From: Octopus vulgaris
Lineage: Eukaryota
DNA: 64,000 bases
Direction of reading: 5' to 3'
Assembly (NCBI GenBank): GCA_951406725.2
Contig: OX597817.1
Coordinates: forward strand, 116,250,001-116,314,000
Shown here piece by piece: positions 1-10,197 of the stretch. Positions within the stretch are counted from its first letter, which is position 1. Each line of letters opens with the position of its first letter. Both the position numbers and the translations under genes were made by a program. A model generated the notes under the pieces. It was given only the letters and a program-made list of their open reading frames with translations, did not search any database and was not told where the DNA came from.

Positions 1-88
1 TTTCGAAAAGTGGAAGCATACAATAGTAAATCTCTGAATGTCTATACAAGCAGACAGACACCCACTCACACCCACACCCACAACACAC

Positions 89-122
<34 letters not shown>

Positions 123-162
123 CAAAATAGGAGGTTATTTCCACACACGGTATATATATACA

Positions 163-199
<37 letters not shown>

Positions 200-204
<5 letters not shown>

Positions 205-539
205 ATATGTTACATTACTCGATAGTCAAGATAAAACTCTGAGTTTCAGATGCCGAAGTGGGGATCCACGACATCTCTTCGGTTATCTGGCTATTTGAAA
301 ACGCTATGAAAAAATACCGTTATACAAAAGGAAATTACTGTTATAATCCTGCTTGCCTGTGTACTTATACATCGCTCGCATTTTTCGCCATAAAAATTAT
401 ATAAAAATACATAAAAAATATATAAAAAATATATAAAAATATACATAAAATATATGATAGAAGGTGTGATGAGGTAAATTTATAGACAAATTTCCTCTAT
501 TTACATAATATTGAGGTCTCTTTCTTTCTTACCGTTTTA

Positions 540-543
<4 letters not shown>
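200..543 (-). mobile_element. Short non-autonomous PLE-like/pLTR fragment between (TA)n tracts
   Basis: ~340-bp unique segment bounded by (TA)n on both sides, carrying the 222-294 hammerhead near its minus-strand 3' end. Confidence 0.5.
222..294 (-). ncRNA. Type I hammerhead ribozyme-like motif
   Basis: Minus strand: ATAGccAGATAA-CCGAAGA-GATGTCG(loop)CGGCATC-t-GAAA-CTC-a-GAG-TT-TTATCTtgaCTAT. Stems I, II and III all pair, the cleavage triplet is GUU, and the core has a U4C change plus one extra nt before GAAA. Confidence 0.65.
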
Positions 544-578
<35 letters not shown>

Positions 579-580
<2 letters not shown>

Positions 581-1286
581 CGCCATCTGGTTTCTAGATT
601 ATGAAACCAACTTCAAAAATGAACACATATCCAACAACCCCTTCATAAAATTAAGCAAATCAAAACCAAATACCAATAGAACGGAACAACCACCAAGAAA
701 TCCTACCACACTCTACACCAGAAAAGTACACCTAAAACACACCCCACACTACCTACACCAACCCCAAAACACCTACAGAGGCCCACCACACCAGTTCGAA
801 AATAGACATACCAACAGAGCAGAACAACCACCAAGAAATCCAAACACACTCTACACCAGAAAAATGCATTTAAAACGCACCCCACACTACCTACACCAAC
901 CCCAAAACACTTATAGGGTCCCACCACACCATTCCACGAACCTAAGAGCCACAACATACAATACTATAAAATACAACCCACATAACCAAACCAAAACGCT
1001 ACTACCAAACATCCACCCTAGGAACCAACCATACAAACCTAACAAACAACAAATGCACTACGGAGGAAACAACTACCAACACAATACACCTGAGGAACTA
1101 AGACGTAACACTAGGTTCAACAACAGACTCCAGAACAGAGCACCACAAACTCACTCTGACAATTATAACAACATGAGACAGATAAATAATAGCTTTGAAC
1201 ATAACTACACCAACCATTTTTTAGACCCCACACACAGGAACAGGGACACACGATGGCAAAGGACAAACAAAAGAAACCTCAGGTAA
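579..1286 (+). CDS. Upstream PLE reading frame (ORF1-like, 5'-truncated; Pro/His/Asn/Gln/Thr-rich, two 46-aa repeats)
   Basis: Manual translation shows the frame of track ORF 864..1286 has no stop back to the TAG at 576-578, at the (TA)n junction (SAIWFLDYETNFKNEH...). It contains an in-frame 138-bp duplication (units start at 672 and 810). The other two + frames have stops (e.g. 677, 733). Confidence 0.6.
672..935 (+). repeat. Tandem 138-bp (46-codon) duplication inside upstream ORF
   Basis: TNRTEQPPRNPTTLYTRKVHLKHTPHYLHQPQNTYRGPPH vs TNRAEQPPRNPNTLYTRKMHLKRTPHYLHQPQNTYRVPPH. Confidence 0.9.
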
Positions 1287-3550
1287 TTAAGATAATCAAT
1301 CTCTCAAACAAAGAACTTACACCTAACGAAATAAGCATACTCTCCAAAGGACTTAAATTTACACCCACACCACAACGTTCTAATTATTATGAAATGAAAG
1401 ATGATATTTCGGAATTTTGCAGAAAACTAAGACTCACCGAGGCATTTCAAGACAAACAAATAGAGGAGGACTCAATAGCTAGAAACAAGAGCAATTACAC
1501 CCCCACCAAAGGTAAGAATAAAGCCTTAGACCGCTACTGTGACTACATAACTAATTTCCCGTTTCAATTCATCAAGAAACAAAAACACAGCCCTAACTTC
1601 AACAAAAGAGAATGGAACGACCTCATCAAACTAAGAGAAGACAAAACAATAACAATTAAGGAGGCAGATAAGGGCAACGCGATAGTAATAATGAATACAA
1701 ACAATTATAAAAATTTAGTGCTATCCCTGTTAAGAGATGAAACGTATTATGAAAGGGCCCAACAGTATAACCAGCAAAAAATAATGCATAACCTTAGGAC
1801 ATTAATCAACACATACCAAGAAGGACTCACGAACAAGGAGTATGAATACATCACTAACTTCAAATGCAAATCGAGTTTGTTCTATGGTATCCCTAAGGTA
1901 CACAAAAGCCAAACCATTAGAGAAACGTGCAAAACATCCACCGACACACTCATCAAAATCCCTTCACCAAATGATCTTAAACTAAGACCGATAATAGCAG
2001 GGCCAGCATGTGAAACTCACCGCCTCAGCAATTTCTTAGACACACTTCTTAAACCTTTCCTAAAACACATCAAAAGCTACGTAAGAGACGATATAGATAT
2101 GCTCAACCACCTCCCTAAAACAGTCAATGAGAAAACCCTTCTAGTATCATTCGACGTAGTTAATCTTTATTCTAACATCCCTCACAACCTAGGAATAGAA
2201 GCAATCACCTTCTGGCTGAATAACTACCCCTTTGAACTCCCAACTCGCATAAACAAAGACCTTATAATAGAAGGACTTAGATTCATTTTAGAGAACAATT
2301 ATTTTATTTTTGACAATGATTTCTACAGGCAAAGATCGGGAACAGCGATGGGCACGCGTACTGCACCATCTTTTGCCAACCTAGTGATGGGATACCTCGA
2401 GAAAATACTATACCGGATGACACTCGAGAAATATGGAAACACCTTCGCCACCTATATCCATAACAACTGGAAAAGATACCTCGATGACTGTTTCATCATC
2501 TGGGACAAAGGCATAGAGAAACTTGAGGAATTTAAAATTCTATTAAATGGAATAAATGACAATATACAATTCACGATGGACCACAACGAAAAAGAATTAC
2601 CATTTTTAGACATCCTCATTAAGATAACCGGCAACAAAATAGAGACAGATATCTACTATAAACCGACAGACTCTAAACAGTACCTGCCCTTTGATTCATG
2701 CCACCCACGACACACTAGAATGAATGTCCCTTTTTGTTTAGCTAGAAGGATTTGCACCATAATATCAGACACAAACACCCGACACACACGTCTCCAGGAA
2801 CTTAGAACCACACTCACAAATAGAAACTATCCACAGCCCCTAATAGACAGTGCAATCCAACGGGTACTTAAATTAAGTATAGAAGACCTGAGACAAACAA
2901 AACCAAAAAAGAAAGAACAATTAAAAACCCTTCCCTACATCTCTACACACAACCCACTCAACAATGAGGCCTTCAACACCATACTACAAAGCACAGCCCT
3001 ACTAAAGGGAGACCCAAAGATGAACCGGATCCTCGAAACACACACCATCATTAAAAGTAAACGGCAACCAAAATCCTTGAAAAGGATTTTAACCCAAGCT
3101 ACACTGCACTCAACATCAACCACAAAACCAGCAGTTAGAAAATGTGGAAGGCCCAACTGCGGAATCTGTGTCATCTTGAAAGAAGGATCAGAATTTATAC
3201 TGGAACAAGGCCACCAGTTCACCATTAGAACAAACTTCACCTGCGCATCAGAAAACTTAATTTACGTCATAACATGCGCAGGCTGCAATAGGCAGTATAT
3301 AGGCCATACAAAAAATAGCTTACGTAACAGGATGGCGGTGCATAAATCACAAATTAGAAACCCTGATTACCGCAAAATACCGGTCAGCGGACACATAGAT
3401 AGATGTGCTGGAAATGTAAATCCGAAATTTACAACTAACCCGCTCTATAAATTCAGTGACAACGCAACCTTCACACAACGCCAAAATAAAGAACTATATT
3501 TCATAAAAAAATTTAGACCAAGTTTAAACACCCTGGGCCAGGAATACTAA
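1253..3550 (+). CDS. PLE reverse transcriptase + Zn-finger + GIY-YIG endonuclease (765 aa from first ATG)
   Basis: Uninterrupted ORF with PLE motifs IINLSNKELT..E..ILSKGLKFTP, KEADKGNAIVIM, YGIPKVHK, LRPII, SFDVVNLYSNIP, GTAMGTRTAPSFANL, RYLDD, LPFLD, YYKPTD..YL..DSCHP. These are followed by CGRPNCGIC and NLIYVITCAGCNRQYIGHT...R...H (GIY-YIG). The Cys cluster before the endonuclease is typical of Neptune-group PLEs. Confidence 0.96.
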   Translation: MAKDKQKKPQVIKIINLSNKELTPNEISILSKGLKFTPTPQRSNYYEMKDDISEFCRKLRLTEAFQDKQIEEDSIARNKSNYTPTKGKNKALDRYCDYITNFPFQFIKKQKHSPNFNKREWNDLIKLREDKTITIKEADKGNAIVIMNTNNYKNLVLSLLRDETYYERAQQYNQQKIMHNLRTLINTYQEGLTNKEYEYITNFKCKSSLFYGIPKVHKSQTIRETCKTSTDTLIKIPSPNDLKLRPIIAGPACETHRLSNFLDTLLKPFLKHIKSYVRDDIDMLNHLPKTVNEKTLLVSFDVVNLYSNIPHNLGIEAITFWLNNYPFELPTRINKDLIIEGLRFILENNYFIFDNDFYRQRSGTAMGTRTAPSFANLVMGYLEKILYRMTLEKYGNTFATYIHNNWKRYLDDCFIIWDKGIEKLEEFKILLNGINDNIQFTMDHNEKELPFLDILIKITGNKIETDIYYKPTDSKQYLPFDSCHPRHTRMNVPFCLARRICTIISDTNTRHTRLQELRTTLTNRNYPQPLIDSAIQRVLKLSIEDLRQTKPKKKEQLKTLPYISTHNPLNNEAFNTILQSTALLKGDPKMNRILETHTIIKSKRQPKSLKRILTQATLHSTSTTKPAVRKCGRPNCGICVILKEGSEFILEQGHQFTIRTNFTCASENLIYVITCAGCNRQYIGHTKNSLRNRMAVHKSQIRNPDYRKIPVSGHIDRCAGNVNPKFTTNPLYKFSDNATFTQRQNKELYFIKKFRPSLNTLGQEY

Positions 3551-3720
3551 AACAAAAGATAAGTCCTCCGAAAAGGAGAACCAAATTTCACCACGGCCAC
3601 TACTTCAAACAGACACTCACTCTGACGGAAATATGCCTTAGTAAAAAAAAGGGGAAAAAAATTCTTTCGTGCAAATCTGACCCTGATACATACGATACAG
3701 CTAAGGGTCAGACCCGATCC

Positions 3721-4120
3721 TGATTGGTCAACAAGTTGATGACGTCTAGCTCTGCTAGAATGGACAGGATACAAACAGGGGACAGTCATTAGTCAGAATA
3801 TTGATGACGTCCTTTTCTGCTTGAATAGTCACCTAACAAGTACAGACAGGGGGCAGATCTAATGTAGCTATAAGTCGTGATTGGGCAGAATCTGGATGAC
3901 GTCCCGCTATGCTTGACTAACGAAGCGACTGGTCAAGACAGGAAACAAACAAGAGGGAGTTATAATGCAGCGATTGGTCAAAATAATGATGACGTCCCGT
4001 TCCACTTGATTAAAGCCACCTAACGAAACGATTGGTCAAAACATTGATGACGTCACGCTACGCTAGATTGACCACCTAACAGGCATTATAAAACCAAGCA
4101 TTTCACAAAAAATCACTAGA
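3721..4120 (+). promoter_or_regulatory. Pseudo-LTR promoter: 5x (ATTGG-N12-TGACGTC) + TATAAAA + Inr-like TCACT
   Basis: ATTGG/ATTAG at 3723, 3788, 3880, 3973 and 4031, each followed after exactly 12 nt by TGACGTC (3740, 3805, 3897, 3990, 4048; the last is a perfect TGACGTCA). TATAAAA at 4087-4093 and TCACT at 4113-4117. Confidence 0.7.
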
Positions 4121-4435
4121 ACCACCCAGCGAACTTCCACCATGGGTCATCACAATTGCTTAAGGTAAAAATGAATTCCTCGCTCTTTCGGAAACATCAA
4201 TCTTCTGTATTGACCGCTTTCCACCACTTTGATCTGTTTTTTGTATTGAATACGTATCGCCACCGTGGGCCACTGCATCGAACACTTTGAACATATACTT
4301 CAAACTATATATCAACTATACATGAACTATATATCAACTATACATGAACTCTAAGATGTCTGACTCCGTTGTGTATTATAAATGAATTTCTTGTGTTTGA
4401 CGGCATGAGCTGTCTCTTTTTATATATAACTTTTT

Positions 4436-4470
4436 TTGATAAGGTTCATTTCAGGAACTGAAACATGTTA
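4436..4470 (+). ncRNA. Minimal hammerhead-ribozyme-like motif in PLE pseudo-LTR (variant core)
   Basis: TTGATAA-GGTTC-atttcag-GAACT-GAAA-CATG-TT: stem II GGTTC/GAACT, GAAA and a palindromic ACATGT stem III. The core deviates from CTGANGA at two positions. Confidence 0.5.
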
Positions 4471-4568
4471 TAATGTATATATAAAAATTAAAAATTGTAT
4501 AATACAGCAGCATTTTCGAACTTCATTTTTTACAAATATATACCTACTCGTATACGAGCTAATCCTAT

Positions 4569-4617
<49 letters not shown>

Positions 4618-6984
4618 ATATATACACAACATACACATTCATATATTTTTACGTATATGCAGACACACGTCACAGGCATTCACTTTTACAAGCGCACATG
4701 TGAAACACCCGTATGTGTCAATGACTAGCTCTGGCTTTGTCAGCATGTACTTGCACCCATCTCTGCGTCTCTGTGTGAACTCGTACGGGTATGTGTGCGC
4801 ATATTCGCGTGAATCTTGTGCGCACATCTGCATGTCTATATATAATAAATCCGAGTGTATTGTCTACTGGATTTCTAAAACGTTCGTTCTTAGTGATGGT
4901 TGAAGTGGGCCACCTCTTTATCTGTTCATTGGCTGGTCAAATTAACAATTCCAGTTCTTCTCTCTCTCTCGGTATATATATATATATATATTTGTCTGTG
5001 TGTGTGTGAGTGTGTGTGTGTGTCTGTATGTGTGTATGTCTGTGATTATGTGTGTGTGCGTATGTTGAGGGAAAGAGAAAGAGAGAGAGAAAGGGGGGAA
5101 AGGGCACGTGTGAAAGGCTGACTGAAAGTGCTCACACGTTAGTAAAAAAACTTGTTTCCAAAGAAAGAAAAGCAACATCCTGATAAAATATATATATTTT
5201 AAAAAAAGGAACTTTAAAAAAATATACTTTTACACTTCAAAATTGTATTAAGTAATTCTGGTATATATATATGTAATTCTGGCATATATATATATATATA
5301 TATATGTAATTTCTTTTATATATTCCTATCATGCGACGCTTGGGCACCGTATTTTTATAAAAAGTGGCTAGCGTGGCAAACAACCACCAAATCCTCTATA
5401 TAATCTGCTATTTACCGAATGGTAAATATTCCATATATTCTATATCTACTCTATGGAATTCTGTTCCTTCTGTTTGTTTAATTCAAATCGATAAACGATC
5501 ATTACACCAACAGTCAGTGAAGTTGTTGAGCACACTCAGAGAAGATAGCTGAACAAAAATAGAGCTGTCTAGGATATGTTTGTGTGTGTGTCTCTGTATC
5601 TATGTCTGTATTTAAATTGTACTGGAATGCTGTCAATACTTAAAGAACTTCCATTCGGTTATCTATAGCTTATTATACAAATAAATATAATTGTTTTGTG
5701 TTAAATCACATACGTATGTTTGTCGAAATTAGCAGCATTACGGCTGTAAAATATTCTGCTTTCTAATAGGAATAGTAAATAAGCTATTTTCATTCATATC
5801 TCAGTGAATAGTTGAATAATTAATGTTGCTATATAATGATATTTTTGACAGTGATTGTTATTCATATTTCGTAAAAGATTGGCAGATTGCCATATGAAGC
5901 TGAATAGCTCTCAGGGTAAGGGGTTACTTTTGACTTCCTTCCGCATCTCTTTCTCACCCTCTGTATAAATATATATAAACACATATAAATTCACACGTAC
6001 ATATAAGCATTTACATAAAAAGAAAGCATACAGACACTTACACACACACAGAGAGGGAGAGAGAGAATTTTGAAGAAATGTAGCAATTGAGAAGTATGGG
6101 AAGAATGCGCAATGAGATGTTACATTATATGTCGAAGCCTGTGATAACTTTATCTCGTCAGTCAGTCGGGGAAGTACGAGATACAAAGTGTCTGTTCAGA
6201 TCATATGATATTGTGTCTCAAGTAATATTTGAGACTCTCTAGATGTTGCTCAACGAGTTTCGTACAAGGAATTTTTAAACGTAACTCAACATTTACATAT
6301 ATGAATCAGTACTGTGTAGTAAGAATATGAAGTGTTGTTCTAAGTAGGAAGAGGAAACATTATTTTGAAACCAACAAGCTATCACCCTACCGACTCCACA
6401 TATATTTTAATTGTACTGAACATTTAAACGTGGAGCTGAACGTGATTCTACTGAAGTCTTATCACTAATGTTGCGATTGACCTTGTTTTTCATTCTTGGA
6501 TCATTTTTCTAATTACCCTATATTCTTCCAATATTTTAATAGGGTAACTAATGATTAATTCTTTACTGCCTATCGTTGGCTATGATTGTACTTCGATTGT
6601 TATCCATCCATTTCATTGAAACCAGTGACCGTTATACATGCCACATATCCATCAATATGAAATGAACAAATCATTTACAGCTAGCTATACTACAACTGTG
6701 CAGTCATACAGTATTTATAATAAAGCCAACATATCAGCAAAAACTCAAATTACAACACTAATGTATCTGCCCCCCCCAAAAAAAAAAGGTGGGGAAAGGC
6801 AAAATAATTTCGTCTTCAGTCGCTTTAACAACACATGCACTCAGTTTTCCACCTTTCGAATTGCAGTCAAAATCTCAGGTTCTGTTAAGAACCAGATATT
6901 CTTGCAAAACTCCCATATACAGCATTTCTTGATCGTGTAATCTCCATCAGTTGCAATTTGTCCGTACTTTATCGCCTCGAGTAG

Positions 6985-7139
6985 AATTATTAAGAGCACT
7001 TCTCCTTCAGCTTACGTTTTGCGTTCATATTCTGATTTCGGTGACTTTGCCATGCATTCTTTCCTGTCGATAAAGTACTAGTCAAGGACTGGGGACCGAT
7101 GTAATCGACTTGCCCTTCTTCGCCTTGTGCCAAATTAAG
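6985..7139 (+). mobile_element. Degraded SINE fragment (family B)
   Basis: gactttgccatgcattctttcctgtcgataaagtacta...ctggggaccgatgtaatcgact matches the copies at 41320-41827, 45371-45585 and 47895-48072. Confidence 0.6.
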
Positions 7140-7530
7140 CTAGAACTTTCATCACTTAGTTATGTTATGTTTGTTCCGTGCGTTCAGTTTACTACAGAGC
7201 GTAGTTGTGTACTTTCGTTGAGTTGTTTATTTTGAACGTGTTCTACGTAATATGTGCAGTACCTAGCATTGCTATGTTACATATATTCCAAGTCGTGTGT
7301 ATCCTTATGTATTTACATCTTTTCCTTTTATCGCAACTTAGCTCTGACCTTCACATGAGTGTTTGTTTCGTAAAGTATTGCTATGTCGATTATTATTATT
7401 AAATTTTTTAGGTATTATTTGATACTTTCACGCGCACGATATTTGGTTCTGAAAAAAGGAGAGGGGGGCCTGAACCCCCTCCCGGAATCATTGGAAATTT
7501 TTTTTTTTTTTTCCCTGAATGAATTCCGGT

Positions 7531-7756
7531 GATCTCTTAATATTCTACAAAACCCTTTTTGGGGTCCGGAAAACTGGGTGGGATGAGATGGAAGCCTCTG
7601 AAATTTCACCCCCACCTCTATTGATCTTTTCAACTGATTTAAGGAAAACAAAGCTCAGTTACTTTTGAGTGGATTCAAGTACCCTGACCTCCTAATATGC
7701 TACAAAACCCATTTTGGGTCCGGAAAATGGGGTGAGGTGGAAGCCTCAGAAATTTT
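7531..7756. repeat. Diverged ~70-bp direct repeat pair (7531-7607, 7686-7756), possibly subterminal repeats of a DNA transposon
   Basis: ctcttaatattctacaaaaccctttttggggtccggaaaactggg...ggaagcctctgaaattt vs ctcctaatatgctacaaaacccattttgggtccggaaaatgggg...ggaagcctcagaaattt. Confidence 0.7.
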
Positions 7757-8604
7757 ACCTACTCCCAACATTTTACAGAAGTACATTTTCCAGAGTGTGA
7801 ATTACATGGTTCGTTATTAAATATATATAGTAGAGTATGTGACATATACATTGTGTATATTTGGCATATATATATATATATGTGTGTGTGTGTGTACACA
7901 CACACTCACACGCACACACACATACACACACACATATATATATTTATATAATAGCGTGTATGTATATGTAGACAGGTAAAAATTCACCGACAAAGTACTT
8001 CTTACCTCTTTGCAGTCAAATAAATGGAATAATTCTCAACAAAACCTACTTTTTTCCTCGTCTAAATATTTCCAGCTGTATACCAAGAAAAATATTAGAT
8101 ATTTATTTTTCTCCGAGGAGATAAATAAATATCTAGCCAGCTACTGATGCAAGTATTTTGACCGTATACCTCTCGTCTCTCCCTCTCCCTCTCTGTCTCT
8201 CTCTCTTGTTTGTCCTCCACACACAGTAGTGTAGGAGAAAAAACGTTTTTTTTTCTTAAGCTCACAAGATACAGTCTATAAATTTAGGATGTTTTTAAAA
8301 GATTCTATATTTTATCATCTGAATATATATACTTTCTCATACAACAATTAAGATATATCTATTTTAAATCGCTTCTTTGTAGAAAGACATCTTCCACTGC
8401 TCTCTCCCACGCGCACACATACAAAAATTAGTTTGGGCGTGGAAGATTTTTGTTTCTGTTTTTTCCTAAAACGCTGGTATAAAGCTGTAAAATTTTGAGA
8501 GAGAGAGAGAGAGAGAGAAAGGAAGGAGAGAGAGAGAGAGAAAGAGAAGACAGAGAGAGAGAGACATGAGAGAGAGACAGAGATCAGAAACATAAAATAA
8601 GAAC

Positions 8605-8910
8605 GTGGCATTTGCTGAGCTGTCTCTTAGCTGTGAAGATGTTCTGTTGAGGATGACGGAAAAGCTATTGAATTCCTTCGGAATCATGGCGTCCCTGTCC
8701 ACTATTGTGATATTCCCACGATGTCGGAGTGAATGTGTGTACAGAAAGGACCAACATGTCTGGCGATGCAGAAAAAGTTACTCTGTCACCAAATCGAAAA
8801 AGCGACGTCAATGCGGCTATTCTGTATCGGACTCTCATGGGCCCTTTCTTCATCATGTGTGCATTCCTCCGTGGAAAATTGTGCTCTTTGTCAATGAATT
8901 TCTTTATCGT
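8605..8910 (+). pseudogene. Merlin/IS1595(ISXO2)-like transposase N-terminal Zn-ribbon relic
   Basis: With one frameshift it reads EDDGKAIEFLRNHGVL..IV.[C]PRC...VWRC...QCGYSVS..HG.FL....IPPWKIVLF, which resembles the N-terminus of Merlin transposases. No DDE domain is visible. Confidence 0.55.
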
Positions 8911-10197
8911 TCACGGAGCTATTATAACAGTGATGGAAAATCTGGAATTGTGTTCAAAATTGATTTTATTCTATATGTCTTATATTGAGCTTTTCATCAT
9001 TTGGGACTGTAACGCCAATTATCTGGCACTTTTCATTTTCTTTATCTACTACTACATGAGGCCATCTAGTTCCTATTACTCTGCCCGTCTGAATGTTAAA
9101 GTCCCACAGCGATTTATATTTCTTACATTTTAGTACTTTACTAGGTTCATGTTCATACCATTTAATAGTATATTATCATCTTCATCATCGTCATCGTCAT
9201 TATTATTATCTATAATACATTAAAAGTCAGATTGAATCTTGCTTGCCTGCTAGCAATGTTACCCAACCAATATGGCGAATAATGGGAAAATACTATGACT
9301 TAATCCTCCTCTGAAATGTAAATACGAGCGGAATGAAACAAATTTTGCGTAAATCGGATTGGTGATTGTGAAGATATTAATGGTTTTCAGGGTGCAAATA
9401 CCCAAAATGGTGCATAATGAGGAAACTCTCCGAAATTAACTTAATCCTGAAGTGAATTAACTCTTATCTTTCGATTAGACAGGGACTTGACAACGAAAGA
9501 ACAATACAATTTCCTTTTTTACAGTAAATGTGATTTCAAAAACGTAAGATGTTTGTAAAATGAGCATTTATATTTTAGTTTTCTTTAAACGGACAATATT
9601 TTTATGTTTTTTAAATTTATTTTCAAGTGAATGCCATCACAAATGTTTGTTGGCATACTTATTTCGTAGAAGACCCTTTCGTAACTTCGGTATGCAATAA
9701 GTTTTCCCAGAAGTTGTTTTGAATGCATTGAAATTCCAAAAATTTAGCTGCTATTTCTAGCACGCCCTGCTACCAAGTAACTGCTATTTGCGATACACGA
9801 CAAAAAATATCTGTTGCGTGGTAGCTTGGAGAGCAAGAAACAGCAGCCAAATCTTTCCTTTTCTGGGGCAAGGTGCCTCTTGTGCGTGATTTCGATGACA
9901 CATTCGTTGAAAGCATGTGAAAAAACATGGAAAGGAAACAAGTACCCACGAAGCAAAATTCTGTTACGAGGAAACTCAGGCGTTCCCTGCGACCCAACGG
10001 GTCACAGGTATTCTAGTCATTATTATTTTTTTTTCTTTCTCTCTTCAAATTTTCCTCCGTATCTCGCCGAGTTTTTTCCGTACACCTAGGGCAGAGAAGC
10101 ACATTGTCTGGATTCCCAGATTACACATGGAAATTCACAGGTAAAATATGTATTTAAAAAATTAATAAATAAATAAATTCATGAATGGATGTTGTTT

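Larger units (their letters stand above)
578..4574 (+). mobile_element. Penelope-like retroelement (Neptune-type), 5'-truncated, with intact RT-GIY-YIG ORF and 3' pseudo-LTR; inserted between (TA)n tracts
   Basis: Non-repetitive sequence starts immediately after (TA)n 543-577 and ends at (TA)n ~4575-4612. It contains the 765-aa PLE ORF, a promoter-like repeat array and a hammerhead-like motif in its 3' ~1 kb. Confidence 0.9.

Noticed and set aside
1253-3550. Telomerase, group II intron RT, or selenocysteine-recoded PLE
   Set aside because: The DKG motif and C-terminal GIY-YIG identify a PLE, and the ORF contains no in-frame TGA needing recoding.
703-3789. Antisense ORFs 703..957, 2452..2637, 2935..3240, 3547..3789
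   Set aside because: Shadow frames of the strand-biased PLE sequence; no motifs.
3721-4055. Repeat-spacer pattern superficially like a CRISPR array
   Set aside because: Repeats are degenerate, spacers are related to one another and variable in length, the context is eukaryotic and there are no cas genes. It is better explained as a promoter module array.
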